Positions 24,980-42,116 of a stretch of 64,000 nt of DNA are shown here, piece after piece (the first letter of the stretch is position 1; each line of letters begins with the position of its first letter). Both the position numbers and the translations under genes were made by a program. The notes beneath the pieces are model-generated. The model made no database searches. It saw nothing but the letters and a program-made list of their open reading frames with translations, and was not told the origin of the DNA. This stretch comes from Vermamoeba vermiformis. Taxonomy: Eukaryota. The DNA lies in contig JBEWZL010000208.1 of NCBI GenBank assembly GCA_045837725.1, positions 62,001-126,000 on the forward strand. Reading direction: 5' to 3'.

Positions 24980-25469
24980 AGAAATGATAGACTCGACAAT
25001 TGAAAGATAGCTGAGTTAAATAGGCAACCAATTAAGGGTTTACACGAATATTTATTTTATACTGACCCTTTCTTATGGCTTGGTCAATTTTCTAGAGCGA
25101 ACGCCCTCTGTTGTGCGTGACACGAGCCAAAAGTTTTATGAAATTTATCAGCTTTTTACACACGAACATCGCCAACGGTTATTTAATAACAAGCTAGTGC
25201 AATACCAAAGAGCAGTCGCTATATCTATATATAAAGCGCATTATTTTGGTTTTACAAGTGTTTAATCGTGTTATGGCGGGCAAGATCATGGCCGAAATAG
25301 TCCAAAGAAAATATTAAATTAAAGGTATGATAATATCAATAGAAAAACTTGACGTCATATGTTACCTATAAATATATATTTATAGTTATAACATCGTGAT
25401 TTTTATTCGCACCAACCCCTCATCTCGTAAATTAATTTTATCTGACTTTTTTTACGTAGCTTCCTTCAA

Positions 25470-26844
25470 ATGCAACAGTCTACAGTCTTAAGTGTGGAAA
25501 AGAAGCGAAAAAATATTTACAAAGCCGAATCGGATGAGGAAGCAAGTAGATCTGCCAAAAAGCCGAAGTTTGTATCAGATGCAGCTTCTTTTAAATCATT
25601 AGACGTTCAGCCGCAAAGAAAACAAGAAATAGATATCAAAAATGATATAGAGTCTAAATATATCGATATTAAGCATGAAGGCGATAGTGAAGCGAACGAT
25701 TCAATCGCAGACCAGATTCAACAGATCAAACTTGACGAAGATCTGCGACAAATTCCGGATCCGAACCTTCTGCAGCTCCTTATAAAAATACTCAATGCTA
25801 GAAATATGGTGAATAAGGACTTAGCAGATGAATTGCGGTACCCGACAAGTAGAATCCGTTATTATACGACAGGATCGAAACGTGCATCCGGATGGAACCG
25901 ATTTGAAATGCAATTATTACAGTGGATGCATAGTAGTATTAGTCATATTAAAGAGGAGCATAAATACGCCACAAAAAACGAGATCCGTTTGCAGCAAGAT
26001 CCGATCGAAAAAGAAGACCAAAGTGAAGCGTTATCGGAGTTAGATGCTCAAATACAATCCTACGATACATTTGATACATTTGAACCGGAAAATTATACGG
26101 AGGATATGGAATGGACGAATACAAATGAAGAAAAGAAAGTTCAACTTTTGCCTGATTCTAATTTAACTCGCCTATCGACTGCCTAAATATATGTAAGCAA
26201 CATATAATTATATTAGCCGCATTGAACAATATTATTAACGAATTTAATATTATTAGGCTTGGATCCAACGAGCCAAAAACGGATCTGCGTCATTGATCCG
26301 TTGCCGACATTTACACTTGCATTGCCTCAGACTAATACTGGCCTTGAACTAGATTATACGTACATGCCATATTTACGACCTCCAAAGCCGAGCGAAATTC
26401 CATCAGCGAATGAAGATCAAGCAAGTCGATTTATTTATGAAAAAATGCTAGAGGCTTGGCAAGGAGATAATGAATTTCAAAGCGAAGCAAAAAAACCACC
26501 TTCAAATACACCAAAATATACTCAAGGACCGCAGCGAAATGGCGACAAGCCTAATTACAGGTAAATTCATTTTGAAATTTCTAGAAATTTTATTCGGATG
26601 CGTCTAACCTTTTGAACTTAGTGCTAAAGAAGCTGCGTTTGTAGTACTAAAAAATGCTGGAAAACCGCTTAGTATTCAAGAAGTGGTCAGACTAAGCATA
26701 AAACAAGGTTATTACGAGGACCTAAACTCGAAAGTCAAGACATTGGCCGCAGCGATCTATCGAGATATAAAGATAAAAGAAGATAAATCTTGGTTTGTTA
26801 GAGTTGGCGTTAACCGATATACCATCAATCCAAGCTTTAGTTGA
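25470..26844 (+). CDS. Putative DNA-binding protein: Cro/CUTL-like HTH plus C-terminal HARE-HTH; 1-nt frame break near 26163
   Basis: LIKILNARNMVNKDLADELRYPTSRIRYYTTGSKRASGWNRFEMQLLQWM; last exon SAKEAAFVVLKNAGKPLSIQEVVRLSIKQGYY...TLAAAIYRDIKIKEDKSWFVRVGVNRYTI is HARE-HTH-like. Confidence 0.7.
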
Positions 26845-27208
26845 GGTCGGCTAAATTCTGAAGGTAAGTTTCGATCCGGATCTTAAATTAAATTCTATTT
26901 GATCGAAATTGACTATTATGAACTAAGGACGTATTCTAGCAATTTTCATTTTGGCTTTAATTACAATATTATTTTATTTTTTGGATGCTAATCTTTTTCC
27001 ACCGACAGATGCATTACTTGTAGCTAAACCAGATCTGACCAATAATGAGCCCAGTCATGCGACAAATCTAAAATTCAACTGACTCAGTACCTCTAAACTC
27101 GGTAGTTGGCTTTAGCTTGGCAAATTCCCTTTTTGGTTATTTTTAGCTAAAAGAGATCGAGCACCAAGCCAGTCAAGCCTTTGCGAAAGACATCTGAAAG
27201 CCGAAACT

Positions 27209-28642
27209 ATGGCAGAAGTTGATAACTATACCTTTTCAAGCATCAGCGATGAAAATGCTGCGTTTCATATTGTAGGGTAAGTTCGCGGCAATACCAAAAA
27301 TTTGAAAAAAAAATCCTTAAATATTTTTAAAATAGAGCGGATCTGGCGACAATGGAGTTGGTATGTGGCGAAGGTAGGCTAAGCTATATAATTAAATTTT
27401 AAAATTAAAGAAACATTTTCTGACACACGGCATTGCTCTTAGCGTTGAATCCAACTGCCTTATTCATTGACGCGCCTATGAATATGGAAGATGTTGCCCA
27501 AAGAAGCGTCTCTCTATTAGTAGAACCAATGAATAATACTTCTTCTCAACTAGAAAAGGCGGACATAACGTCTTCGACTATCAACAACGACGATCTTCAA
27601 AGCGTCAGATCTGAGCCTGGTCCTGAAGAAGTGCCGAAGAAAATTGAAACTAATACGCCAAGCGTGCTTATCAACAATGAAGCTACGATTCAAGCGAAAG
27701 AGATCCTCGATCCGTCGGTTGAATCGACATCCATCAAACCGATCGACGAAAACTCAGTCAGCCAACAGCCGAAGATTACTGCGCCAATCATCTCGAAGAG
27801 AAACTCTCGCAAAGCCTCGCAAAGAGGAGCCGAAGTCCTTGCTGCTGAAAGACCAACAAAGAAAATGAAAAGTCTTGCGGATTTGACTCCAGAACAACTC
27901 GACGTTATTATGGAACGCGCGGAACTGACTGAATATCTCGTCATTGGAGATACAGAATCTCTTGATGCCAAAAATAGCACTTTGGAGAATTTCCCTAACC
28001 AGAGCCTTGACGCAGAAGGAATGACACGTGACGACCAACAAAACCCCGAAACTGTCGAAAATATCTCACAAGTTGAAATTTCCAAAGAAAACGTCGAGTC
28101 TGAGCAGAACAAGAAAAATTTACGTTCAAGGCGCAGAACAACGTCATTGACTGACCGAGATAAAGAAGCAAAAAATGAAGATCCGGCTACAGTTGAGCTC
28201 CGTCAAGAAGAATCTTCGCCTCATTATACCACGAACAGACCTAATGCAACATTGGCCAAGGCAATGAAAGAAGCGTTGAAGGCGTTGAATAAAACACAGC
28301 GCCAATGGGCTCATGAAGTTGACTTGCCTGAAGTTGAGCTCAGCAAGTACTTCAATAACTATTACAACGCACGTGGCTGGACTAGTTTTGAAGCCGCGCT
28401 GAAGACGTGGCTCAAGAAACACGCTCCAAGCGACATACTGCGAAAGATACAACGCTCTGTTATGCAAGGTTGAAGACGGATCCGCTTCACTACCTCAACA
28501 ATCCGCAGAACCCCATATGAATGATAACATTAAGGACATGACTGACTGTCATAAGGCACAAGAAGTAATGACCAATAATGTCGAGATTATGAGCTCTATA
28601 TCCGAAGATCAAGGCGTGAACACGAGCTTGGAAGAAGCCTAG
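27209..28642 (+). CDS. Disordered protein with a Cro/CUTL-like HTH; the ORF stops at 28473 but the +1 frame stays open to 28642
   Basis: LAKAMKEALKALNKTQRQWAHEVDLPEVELSKYFNNYYNARGWTSFEAALKTWLKK; short 5' exons from ATG 27209 (start uncertain). Confidence 0.6.
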
Positions 28643-29050
28643 CTAAAAGAGCGGACAAGAGAAAAGTGCCGCTTGCATTTCATGAAGTGCTCGTACTTGA
28701 TCTATTGCAAGAGCTGATTGACGTCAAGAACAGTTCATCGTTGAGCACCACTAATTGTATTTCTGTAACGGAGAGCGTGCGCAACATGAAGATCTACATG
28801 CATGGGGTGACGAAAGGCACGAGAGCTAGCAACTGTCATAACGTCTTGATGTAATTACATGCACAATTTTTTGTTAAAAACATGTTTTTACCTGTTTTGG
28901 TTTATCAAATTCTTTAATCGTTTCCACGCCCAAAATAGTTACGAAAATGCTTGGGAAAGTACCGCAATGAAACGAAACGGGGCTAGTGCCTTCTACTAGT
29001 ATACTAGAATCTATAATTAAGTAGGTTGATCGGGTTTATACATCTGTCTG

Positions 29051-29908
29051 TTACAAGTTTAACAGCGACAAGGATGCTGATTGCAAGGGCAATCTCTCAG
29101 CCTCTGCCGAGTTCAATACAGGCTTACAATAGGAAGGAGGAATAAAAATAGACGAATCTATCACTTTAGGAATAAATTCGGTGAAATGAAGCACGCCTGT
29201 TTTGCCGGTTTTAGGATCCGTGTTGGTTATGTAGATAAGGGTATTTCCATCGAAACAAAAAGTTCCTGGATGTCCCTCTGTTAATGATAATCAGTACACT
29301 ACTTTAATACTGATTATTTCCAATTAGAAGAACAAATCCGATCCGGTTCAACTTTTCTCAAAATTAAAAAGAAGAGACGCTTACGGTAAGTGGTGGCCCA
29401 CAAATTGCAATATTTGCCATACTCGTATTGCGAGTTTCCTGCAAACGTAGCGTTGTCCATATCGCTCCAGGAGCTTACCCAAGGGTGCTTATAAATTTTG
29501 CAAACAGCAAAATCCGGGTAGTAGTGATAAATGTTGTCCTAATTAATAAGAGAATATTACTATCTTTGAATTACTTAAATTTCGCCGCGAAAGGGCGGAT
29601 TCGTACGTTTAAGGCAAATTGATCGAAAGCAGGAAGAAAACCAACCGCTACTCTGTCGACTCTGAATCTAAATTACTTTGTTAATATCTAATATGGTGAT
29701 ATTCGTTATTTTACGAATTGGCTTACTTTTGATTGTCATTATCGGCGTAGATGCGGTAACGGATGCGTTGATCTGTTGCATTTGTCTCACCTTCTTTCCA
29801 CGCAGCAGCGGTGTACTTCGGAGGAAGAGTTGGCTTAACTTGAGCAAGGTTGAGCGCTGCAAGGCTTAGCAGCACGATAACTACGCAAATTGTACTGTGT
29901 TGCCTCAT
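29051..29908 (-). CDS. Secreted ependymin-related (EPDR-like) protein; 1-nt frame break near 29224
   Basis: Signal peptide MRQHSTICVVIVLLSLAALNLA, KPTLPPKYTA, IYADNDNQKFRVD, CNLW, and HFTEFIPKVIDSSIFIPPSYC (FxPPxxC signature); internal exon structure partly uncertain. Confidence 0.6.
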
Positions 29909-30234
29909 TTCTGTAATTAGTTGTAGTGTGTTGTGTTGCAAGCCAGCTAGTATTACTTTTAACTCGCTTAAATCAACGCGTCTCCATTCGAATGGAAAAA
30001 TCCAAGTCACGTGGCAGTTCTTCGAACGTACCCAAAAATAGAAGTTGTACTCGTACTAGAAACTTCTTTACCCATATTTTTCGGAATACGAGAAGAAAAG
30101 CGCGCGCTTCTGAATGCTTTCTGTGGGATCCGAATCTAATCTACATCTACAAGAGGATTCATAATCCGGCTTTTCGAAATCTGTTTATTTCGTGTTCTAT
30201 TAACCAGTTAATTAATAGTAACAAAAGAAACTAA

Positions 30235-32643
30235 TTAGTTTTTGATCAACCAGAACTCGTCGTCAACATGACCAGTATCAAATCGACGCATCTCGTAGTG
30301 CAAGTGAGTCGAGTTGATAAAGTTCATGTTACCGTAGCCCCAAGTAGAAGCTCTGTTAGCTGACCAAGACGGTTGAGGGTCTTAAAAAAGATTAAATTAG
30401 TCACCGAAGTCGGTCGGATCTCGCACCATTTTTTCAGCTACTAACCTAAGAACTTATAAGGCAGATCCAATATAATGCCAGAGTTGCCTTGAACAACATG
30501 AACAGGGGCACCAGGGTTCGTGTAAACATTGCCAATCTGTTGTGGCACACCGTTAATGACGGGGTGGACACGCTCGTACCTATTGAAATACGCCACGGTT
30601 ATTCAGAGACATTAACACTGACAATATTATAGTACTTACATATGCATATGACCACACAGGTACAAATCAACGCCATACTTGAGCATCAAAGGCTCGATGT
30701 TCTGTTGGAACCAACCTCCTAAAAAGTAGCACATCCGTTAGCTCCAAACAACAAAAAAATTGCTTTATCTTAAGCTTAAAATCGACTTTAAAATTATAAT
30801 CATCTTATAATTACCTTCGTGATGGTCACCCCACTCATCCTTATCACTGCAGTACATAGGACGATGACCCGACATGATGATCCAAGGAGTCTTTCCACGA
30901 TTAGCAGCAGCGCGTTGCAAATCTTGTTCGAGCCAAATACGTTGAGGGAATCCATCGCCCAATGGATGTTCGGTGGAAAATGCAACCACGTGGACATTGC
31001 CGTAGTCCATGGACCACCAGAAATTTCCTTCGCCTCCGCTTTGAAGACCAGGCATAGTGAAGCGATGACGGAATGAGGTGTAGTTGTAGTACTTCTCGTG
31101 GTTACCAACTGCAAACATATAACTATATTATTGAAGCAATATTAGTATCAAATATTCAGGATCCAAGATCAAGATGCGATTTTTAGAATGCCTCTTGTGA
31201 GGTCTACTTACGGAACAATGCTGCCCAAGTTGTTCATTTGGTCGCACCAGAGATCCCAAACTTCCTAAATAGGCAATAATTAGTACTCGAAAGTTTGTTA
31301 CAGCATCCAGATCGTGCACGTACTTCAATTTCCCATTCCTTGCCAGTACCAGCATAAGCAACATCACCAGCATGCAAAACGAAGTTGAAGGGGTCAACGC
31401 TGTTGTCACCAATGATCTGGTTAGTAACACCCCAGCCCATAGGCAAGATCTACATCCAAACAAAAAAAAATTAGTACAAATGGACCACACCTTAAGAATA
31501 CAATAGTCTATACGTACACCCATATCAGCTACAGTAGCGATACGAACGCCAGGAGTACCAACAGTAGGAGCTGTAGTAAAGAAATAATCGATGGACCAGT
31601 CTTGTCCATTACCAACTTTGTAATAGTACTTAGTGCTAGGACGCAAGTTGGTTAAAGTGACTGTGTGGATAACACCTCGCCATCCTACATATTAAATTTT
31701 CGTTAATTTGTTTTTCTTGGCTCATGTAACGGCTGATCAGATCTTCATGAAAAAAATTCGGATCTTATCCGGAGTTATTTTAATAAGTGATAATTACCAT
31801 CAATACCAGCGTCATAAGTGCTAGTGGTTCCAGTAGCATTCATATTGTAATAGCCCATAGTAGTGCTATAAAGGACAATGCTTTGTTTAGCGCCTAAAAA
31901 TAAACGACCTTAAGCGTCTGATACTATATTATTATGATCTTATTATTAACAACTTACTAGCAGTGACCCACATAACGACCATTTGAGTCGGATCTCCGGT
32001 CAAAGAGAGATGCACTTGTTGGGGATGCTGTTGAAGAGCACAAAAACAAAGTATTAAAGTCTGTAAAATGAACTCACATCATATATATGTAACGTACAGG
32101 TTGAAGAGGGTAGAATTGAGTCGTTTTCGCGCCAGGCATGACTGCATCCACAAACTCTTGGAAACTGATCGTTTGCGAACGGTCGCGGTCAAGATATTTC
32201 ATAGCAGTTTCGGCCTAACAATGCCTTATCAGTAAATTATAACATCATATAATATGAAGGCGTACCTGTTCAATGCTACCACAGTCGGAGTGAGACGAGT
32301 GGGCACATCCGAATTTTCTGACACAAAATTAGAATTAACGACCAAGATTTTAGTTATAACATATCATAAATATCCTTATTAAATTTTACTTGTCTACGTA
32401 TCTATATTAAAATTTGGAAAGGAAAATCGTGATTGTTTAGATATTCCTCCGTTGAATAATTGATAATTTAAACATTTTCTGATTATCAAGCACTTACAAT
32501 ATTTCGTGATTATCAACAGCACCATCACGATTTACGTCCATCAAGTTATCAAACACCCATCTCGCATCTCTGAGCGGGCTTTCTTTAACAGCGCTGCAAA
32601 GGCCCACAGCGAAGAGGATCAAAAATGCCACGTAAAGTCGCAT
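30235..32643 (-). CDS. Secreted purple acid phosphatase with an N-terminal EF-hand pair, multi-exon
   Basis: Signal peptide; PQQVHLSLTGDPTQMVVMWVT (FN3-like PAP_N); metal motifs ADMG, GDVAY, GNHE, SGH, CGHMH. Confidence 0.92.
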
Positions 32644-34024
32644 GTTGTTTCAGAAAAAATAATAAACAAACAATTCAATCAAAAGCCACGCGAAAAATCA
32701 TGCTCGAACTTACACACCAAATTTAGACCTGAAGAACAGGTGACATTACATTCAATTAAAGGACTGTATTATTTTACAAGTTGTATACGTTTCAGGTGCC
32801 TTATTTAAACTCGCATACTAATTGGTTGTGGTTCAAGTTGGACAGATCTACTTTTGATACGATGGTGTTCGCGAACCAGGAAGCGTAAGATGACACGATC
32901 GCTTTGGATCCATTCAAATAATGTGCAGTAGCAGCAGCTTCAGTTGAATGAGCCAAAAAGTGATGTTTAACAGCAACCGAGTTGTTACTTTGAAGGCCTA
33001 GTTTTAGCTTGGTAATTATTCCACTTTTGCAATTGTTCGGATTAAGCTTGTAGGCGTCGCCTTCGCATCATTGAAATGTAGGATCGGTGAAATTGCCTCT
33101 GTGGCTCTGGTATCTTTCTTCCACAAGCACGTGATCCACAACAGTTCAGAACACGTGTCCAAAATCAAACGGAGCAGTTAGTTGAGTTCCATTTATCTAG
33201 ATCTTTTTCTCTATCAAAGCAACTAGGAACATTAGAGCTGGAGAGGTAACGGCAGGTTTCTCTTCTACGATCTCGAGATCCATCCAAAATGATTCTTGCC
33301 AAAAACCATAAAAATTCGTTAAAGGGATTTAATTAATACAAATGACATCCAAGAGACTTATTCTGGCACTCCTCGTTCTTTGAGCGCATGTGATCCGCTT
33401 CCACAAAACCGAGTGAATTTCGGTTTAAACAATTATTAATGGTCTACTAGCATAGGACTTACACCGTTATTAACCTGTAATAGCGCGAGTTGTAGAATAG
33501 CCCGCATTTTACAAAACACAACAGATCTGTGATATCTTGCGTACGCAAGCGGAGTTTCGCCTGCCAATATACTAACGAAGTAGTACGTGCATGTTCGTTA
33601 TGTATAATAGAAAAAAAATTCGACTGCAGAAGTCGCTGGCGAAAAATCGTCCATTAAATTAACGCCAAATTTAGACTAAATAGGAGCACTGACATGTCTG
33701 CTAGATATTAATCGGAACGCCTGCTCATGATTGTGGTTAAATAATTTACATACGTTGAGGTGATGGGCGGTTTGTTACCGGTGGGATCCGATCTGCAACA
33801 TTAAATGAAAGCTCCATCAGATCCCTACAAGCCTCCTTCAGTTTAAACTCATTGGCGGATCCGTTGTCTAAATTGCTTCGCCGGAGCGGTGGTAATAACT
33901 CAGCCCCGAGGCACGTGGTTCACGCATCAATTGTGATTCATCATGAGTGTCAAAGGGAAACGGTTTCGCTCGCGTAATAACTTTTTCATTTATCTACACA
34001 AACCGCACAGAACAACACACAACA

Positions 34025-35623
34025 ATGCGCGTTCAGTTGGCTGTATTGTCAGCCTTCCTCTTTGTCACTGCTCTCGTCGCTGGCGTTAATGCCACTTGCA
34101 GCGCAGGTGCATCTCTTGAAGTGACCAACCAAGCTGACTTGAATGGCGTTGTTTACATTGAGAAATTGGTCATTAACAGCCAATGGAACTTTTCTTTCGT
34201 TGAGGTAAGTTGCTTTAATTAAACAAATTCAGACTGGGATGTCATTGCAAATCCCACCACAAAAAAACGGAGATGCGCTCTTAGTTTCCGTTCTTTAAGC
34301 ATTGTAAACAGTGGACAACGTTCTATCGTATCCCGGATTCTTATTCCAATAGCGATCTGGCCTAAACTAACTTTTTTTGTGTTTTTAGGGTGCTGCTCTC
34401 AAGCTCGTTTTTGACGGATCTGATAGCGGATCTGTTTCTGCCAGCTGGTCTGCCGATAACACTACTTTGACCGCTACTTTTGCCATTGCTGCTGGCGGAA
34501 ACACTCCATCCGACGGCATTACTTATACCCCGCGCCCAAGAAGACAAATCATTTCTTCGGCCTCTTCAAACGGCATTGTTGGTCTTAACACCATTATCAC
34601 TTTGGTTACAGGTATTATATTGCTATGCCAATTGTTAGTTAATTGATGTCATCGGCGAAATTATGACGGGTCGCCGTGACATCCAAATTGTTTTGGAATT
34701 AGAATTCCCTTTATGGGCATCATTGTTTCAAAATTGCATTATTTATGAAATATTTTCATTAATATAGTACCATTGTACTATTGTTTCTAACAGTAAACAT
34801 TTGACAGGACTTTTGGTCGCCAGATCCAACAAGAGAGGTAATTTATTAACGTTAATTATTATTTTAATATACCTGGTCAACTTAATAACCAACCGCAATT
34901 GAATATGCGCAAGATACAATAAGAGAAATTTCCAGCGTTATTTGTTGTTTCCAAAGTTTTCAGAAATGCGCAACGGATCTTGTGATCTGACCCGATATTT
35001 CTTATTTAGGTCTAGTTATGCTTGCTGTTGCTTTCTTGGTGCTCTCTGTTACTATGGAGACTACTATGGCTCAAACTGTTGAATGCCCCAGCGCCACCAT
35101 CACCGCTACCATTCCTCGCGGTCTCGTTCGCAGGATCTGTGTGAACAACGTCGATGACTGCCAATGCGGCCCTGGTTTCTCTGGTGCCAACTGCGACCCT
35201 GAAGTTGTGGTCCCTGTTGCCGAACCTGTCGCTACTCCAGTTTCCACTCCTGTTGCTGCTCCTGTCACCGCCCCTGTGACCGCTCCAGTCGCAGCCCCTG
35301 TTACCCCTCCTGTGGCCGCTCCTGTCACTCCTCCTGTCGCTGCCCCCGTCACTCCCCCTGTTACTCCTCCAGTGACTCCTCCTGTTGCTGCTCCTGTTGC
35401 CGCTCCTGTTGAGCCTCCAGTGACCCCTCCTGTCACCCCTCCAGTTACTGCCCCCGTTACTCCTCCTGTGGCTGCTCCTGTCGATCCTCCAGTCACTCCT
35501 GTTGCCGCTCCCGTCGACCCTCCAGTGACACCTGTTGCTGCCCCTGTCGATGTCCCTGTTGCTACCCCTGTTGATGTCCCTGCTGCTGCCCCTGTTGATA
35601 CTCCTACTGGAACTCCAATGTAA
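34025..35623 (+). CDS. Secreted or surface protein with a Cys-rich/EGF-like segment and a Pro/Val/Thr/Ala repeat tail
   Basis: MRVQLAVLSAFLFVTALVAGVNA signal peptide; CQCGPGFSGANC EGF-like motif; (PVAA/PVTP)n. Confidence 0.75.
35212..35610 (+). repeat. Coding tandem 12-bp repeats (PVAA/PVTP/PVDP)
   Basis: About 30 degenerate CCN GTN RCN SCN-type units. Confidence 0.85.
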
Positions 35624-35687
35624 TGCGGTAACAAATGCGAACTATATAAATAATTTTGTACTATCAACAAGCCTTAACGCTTGTCCT

Positions 35688-40811
<5,124 letters not shown>

Positions 40812-41015
40812 TTGGATCTGCCTGAAACTATCGAGCTAAGGATAAAGAGACTCTTTAAGTTATTATAGGCTCCTGTGGGCAACTATTTTATAGTTCAGCC
40901 TTGGTTATAACGAATGACGTTCGGCAACAAAAGGTTCGAAAATTGTTTCAGCAATACTTGTTTCTGAAACGCAATCAATAGCACAAATAAGGCCAATTTA
41001 TTATTAACATCATAA

Positions 41016-41781
41016 ATGTCGTCCAAAACCTCGGTTATGAAGTATACTAGCTTCAAGGGTATGGTTTAAACGGATACGCGATCGAGATCCGACAAAAAAT
41101 CTTCTTCGCTAATCAAGGCTTTTATAAATTGCTAATATATTCTTATCACAGACTTCTATCCTTTCTATTTGACTGAGCACTCAGATCCAATCAATAGGTA
41201 ATGAGATTTTTTTGTGTCCGCTCTGTGGTCCCCTTCGTGTAGAATCAATTTATTAATTATTTTTATAATTATAGAAGCCTCCACTTCGTTGGCACTACCC
41301 TCTCCATCATTCTTCTCACCTTAATCTTATTCACCCAATCATGGAATAGATTGTACGTGGTTCTGTTGACTGGGTACGTTAAAACTAATAATTTAACAAT
41401 GCATTAATTAAAATCACTAATTTTTAATCAAATAGATACGGTTTCGCTTGGGTTGGTAAGATCTGTCACAAATTTGAAAACGCATCTCAACAAAACTGAA
41501 CTTAACCTCTTCTAGGCCACTTCTTCTTCGAGAAAAACAGACCTGCTACTTTCAAGTACCCTTTCTACAGTTTCGCTGGTAAGTCTTCTATTTTCATGAA
41601 CGAGCGAGTGTCAGAAATTTTGAAGAAGCGGATCTTTTTTTGCTCCGCCCTTCACTACGAAGAATGTTATAATAATGTTTAAAGTTATTCATTAATTCTA
41701 TCATCAGGCGACTTCAAAATGTGGTACGGTTTGCTCACTGGCAAATTACAATTTAACCCGAAGAAGAAACCCGTCTTCTAA
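41016..41781 (+). CDS. DUF962/Mpo1-like small membrane protein, 6 exons
   Basis: MSSKTSVMKYTSFKDFYPFYLTEHSDPINRSLHFVGT...GYGFAWVGHFFFEKNRPATFKYPFYSFAGDFKMW. Confidence 0.9.
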
Positions 41782-42116
41782 TCTAATCAGCGGATCGTAT
41801 GCAAGTACTTTATAATTTTAGCCTTAATATACGATATAACGAATAATGTAATATATAACATTATTAACTCGCTTTGAATAAATCTTCTTGAAAGGTTTAT
41901 CAAAGTCACTGGATCGGTCTTTTATTGGCTACGAGCCTCCGTATAACGGGTATTTTTACTTTAATGTTGTCTTGAGTTAACTGTGTCACAGCAAATTTGC
42001 CAATTTAGGAAATACACATGTGACCGTGACTTACTGGACTAAAAACCAAATTTGTCCTCATTTCCGATTCGCTTAAATCTTATCAAATTTTATTTGGCAC
42101 AAACGAACACGAAGCG

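Noticed and set aside
32700-33950. 1.2-kb intergenic region examined for ncRNA or a hidden gene
   Set aside because: No convincing ORF, splice chain or recognisable RNA motif; an Rfam scan would be needed
35212-35610. Possible CRISPR-like or satellite array
   Set aside because: In-frame coding repeats with synonymous variation and no spacers, in a eukaryotic context
35071-35670. Gly/Thr/Ala repeat ORF resembling an antifreeze or ice-nucleation protein
   Set aside because: Antisense of the PVAA/PVTP repeat; the plus strand has the signal peptide and splice sites
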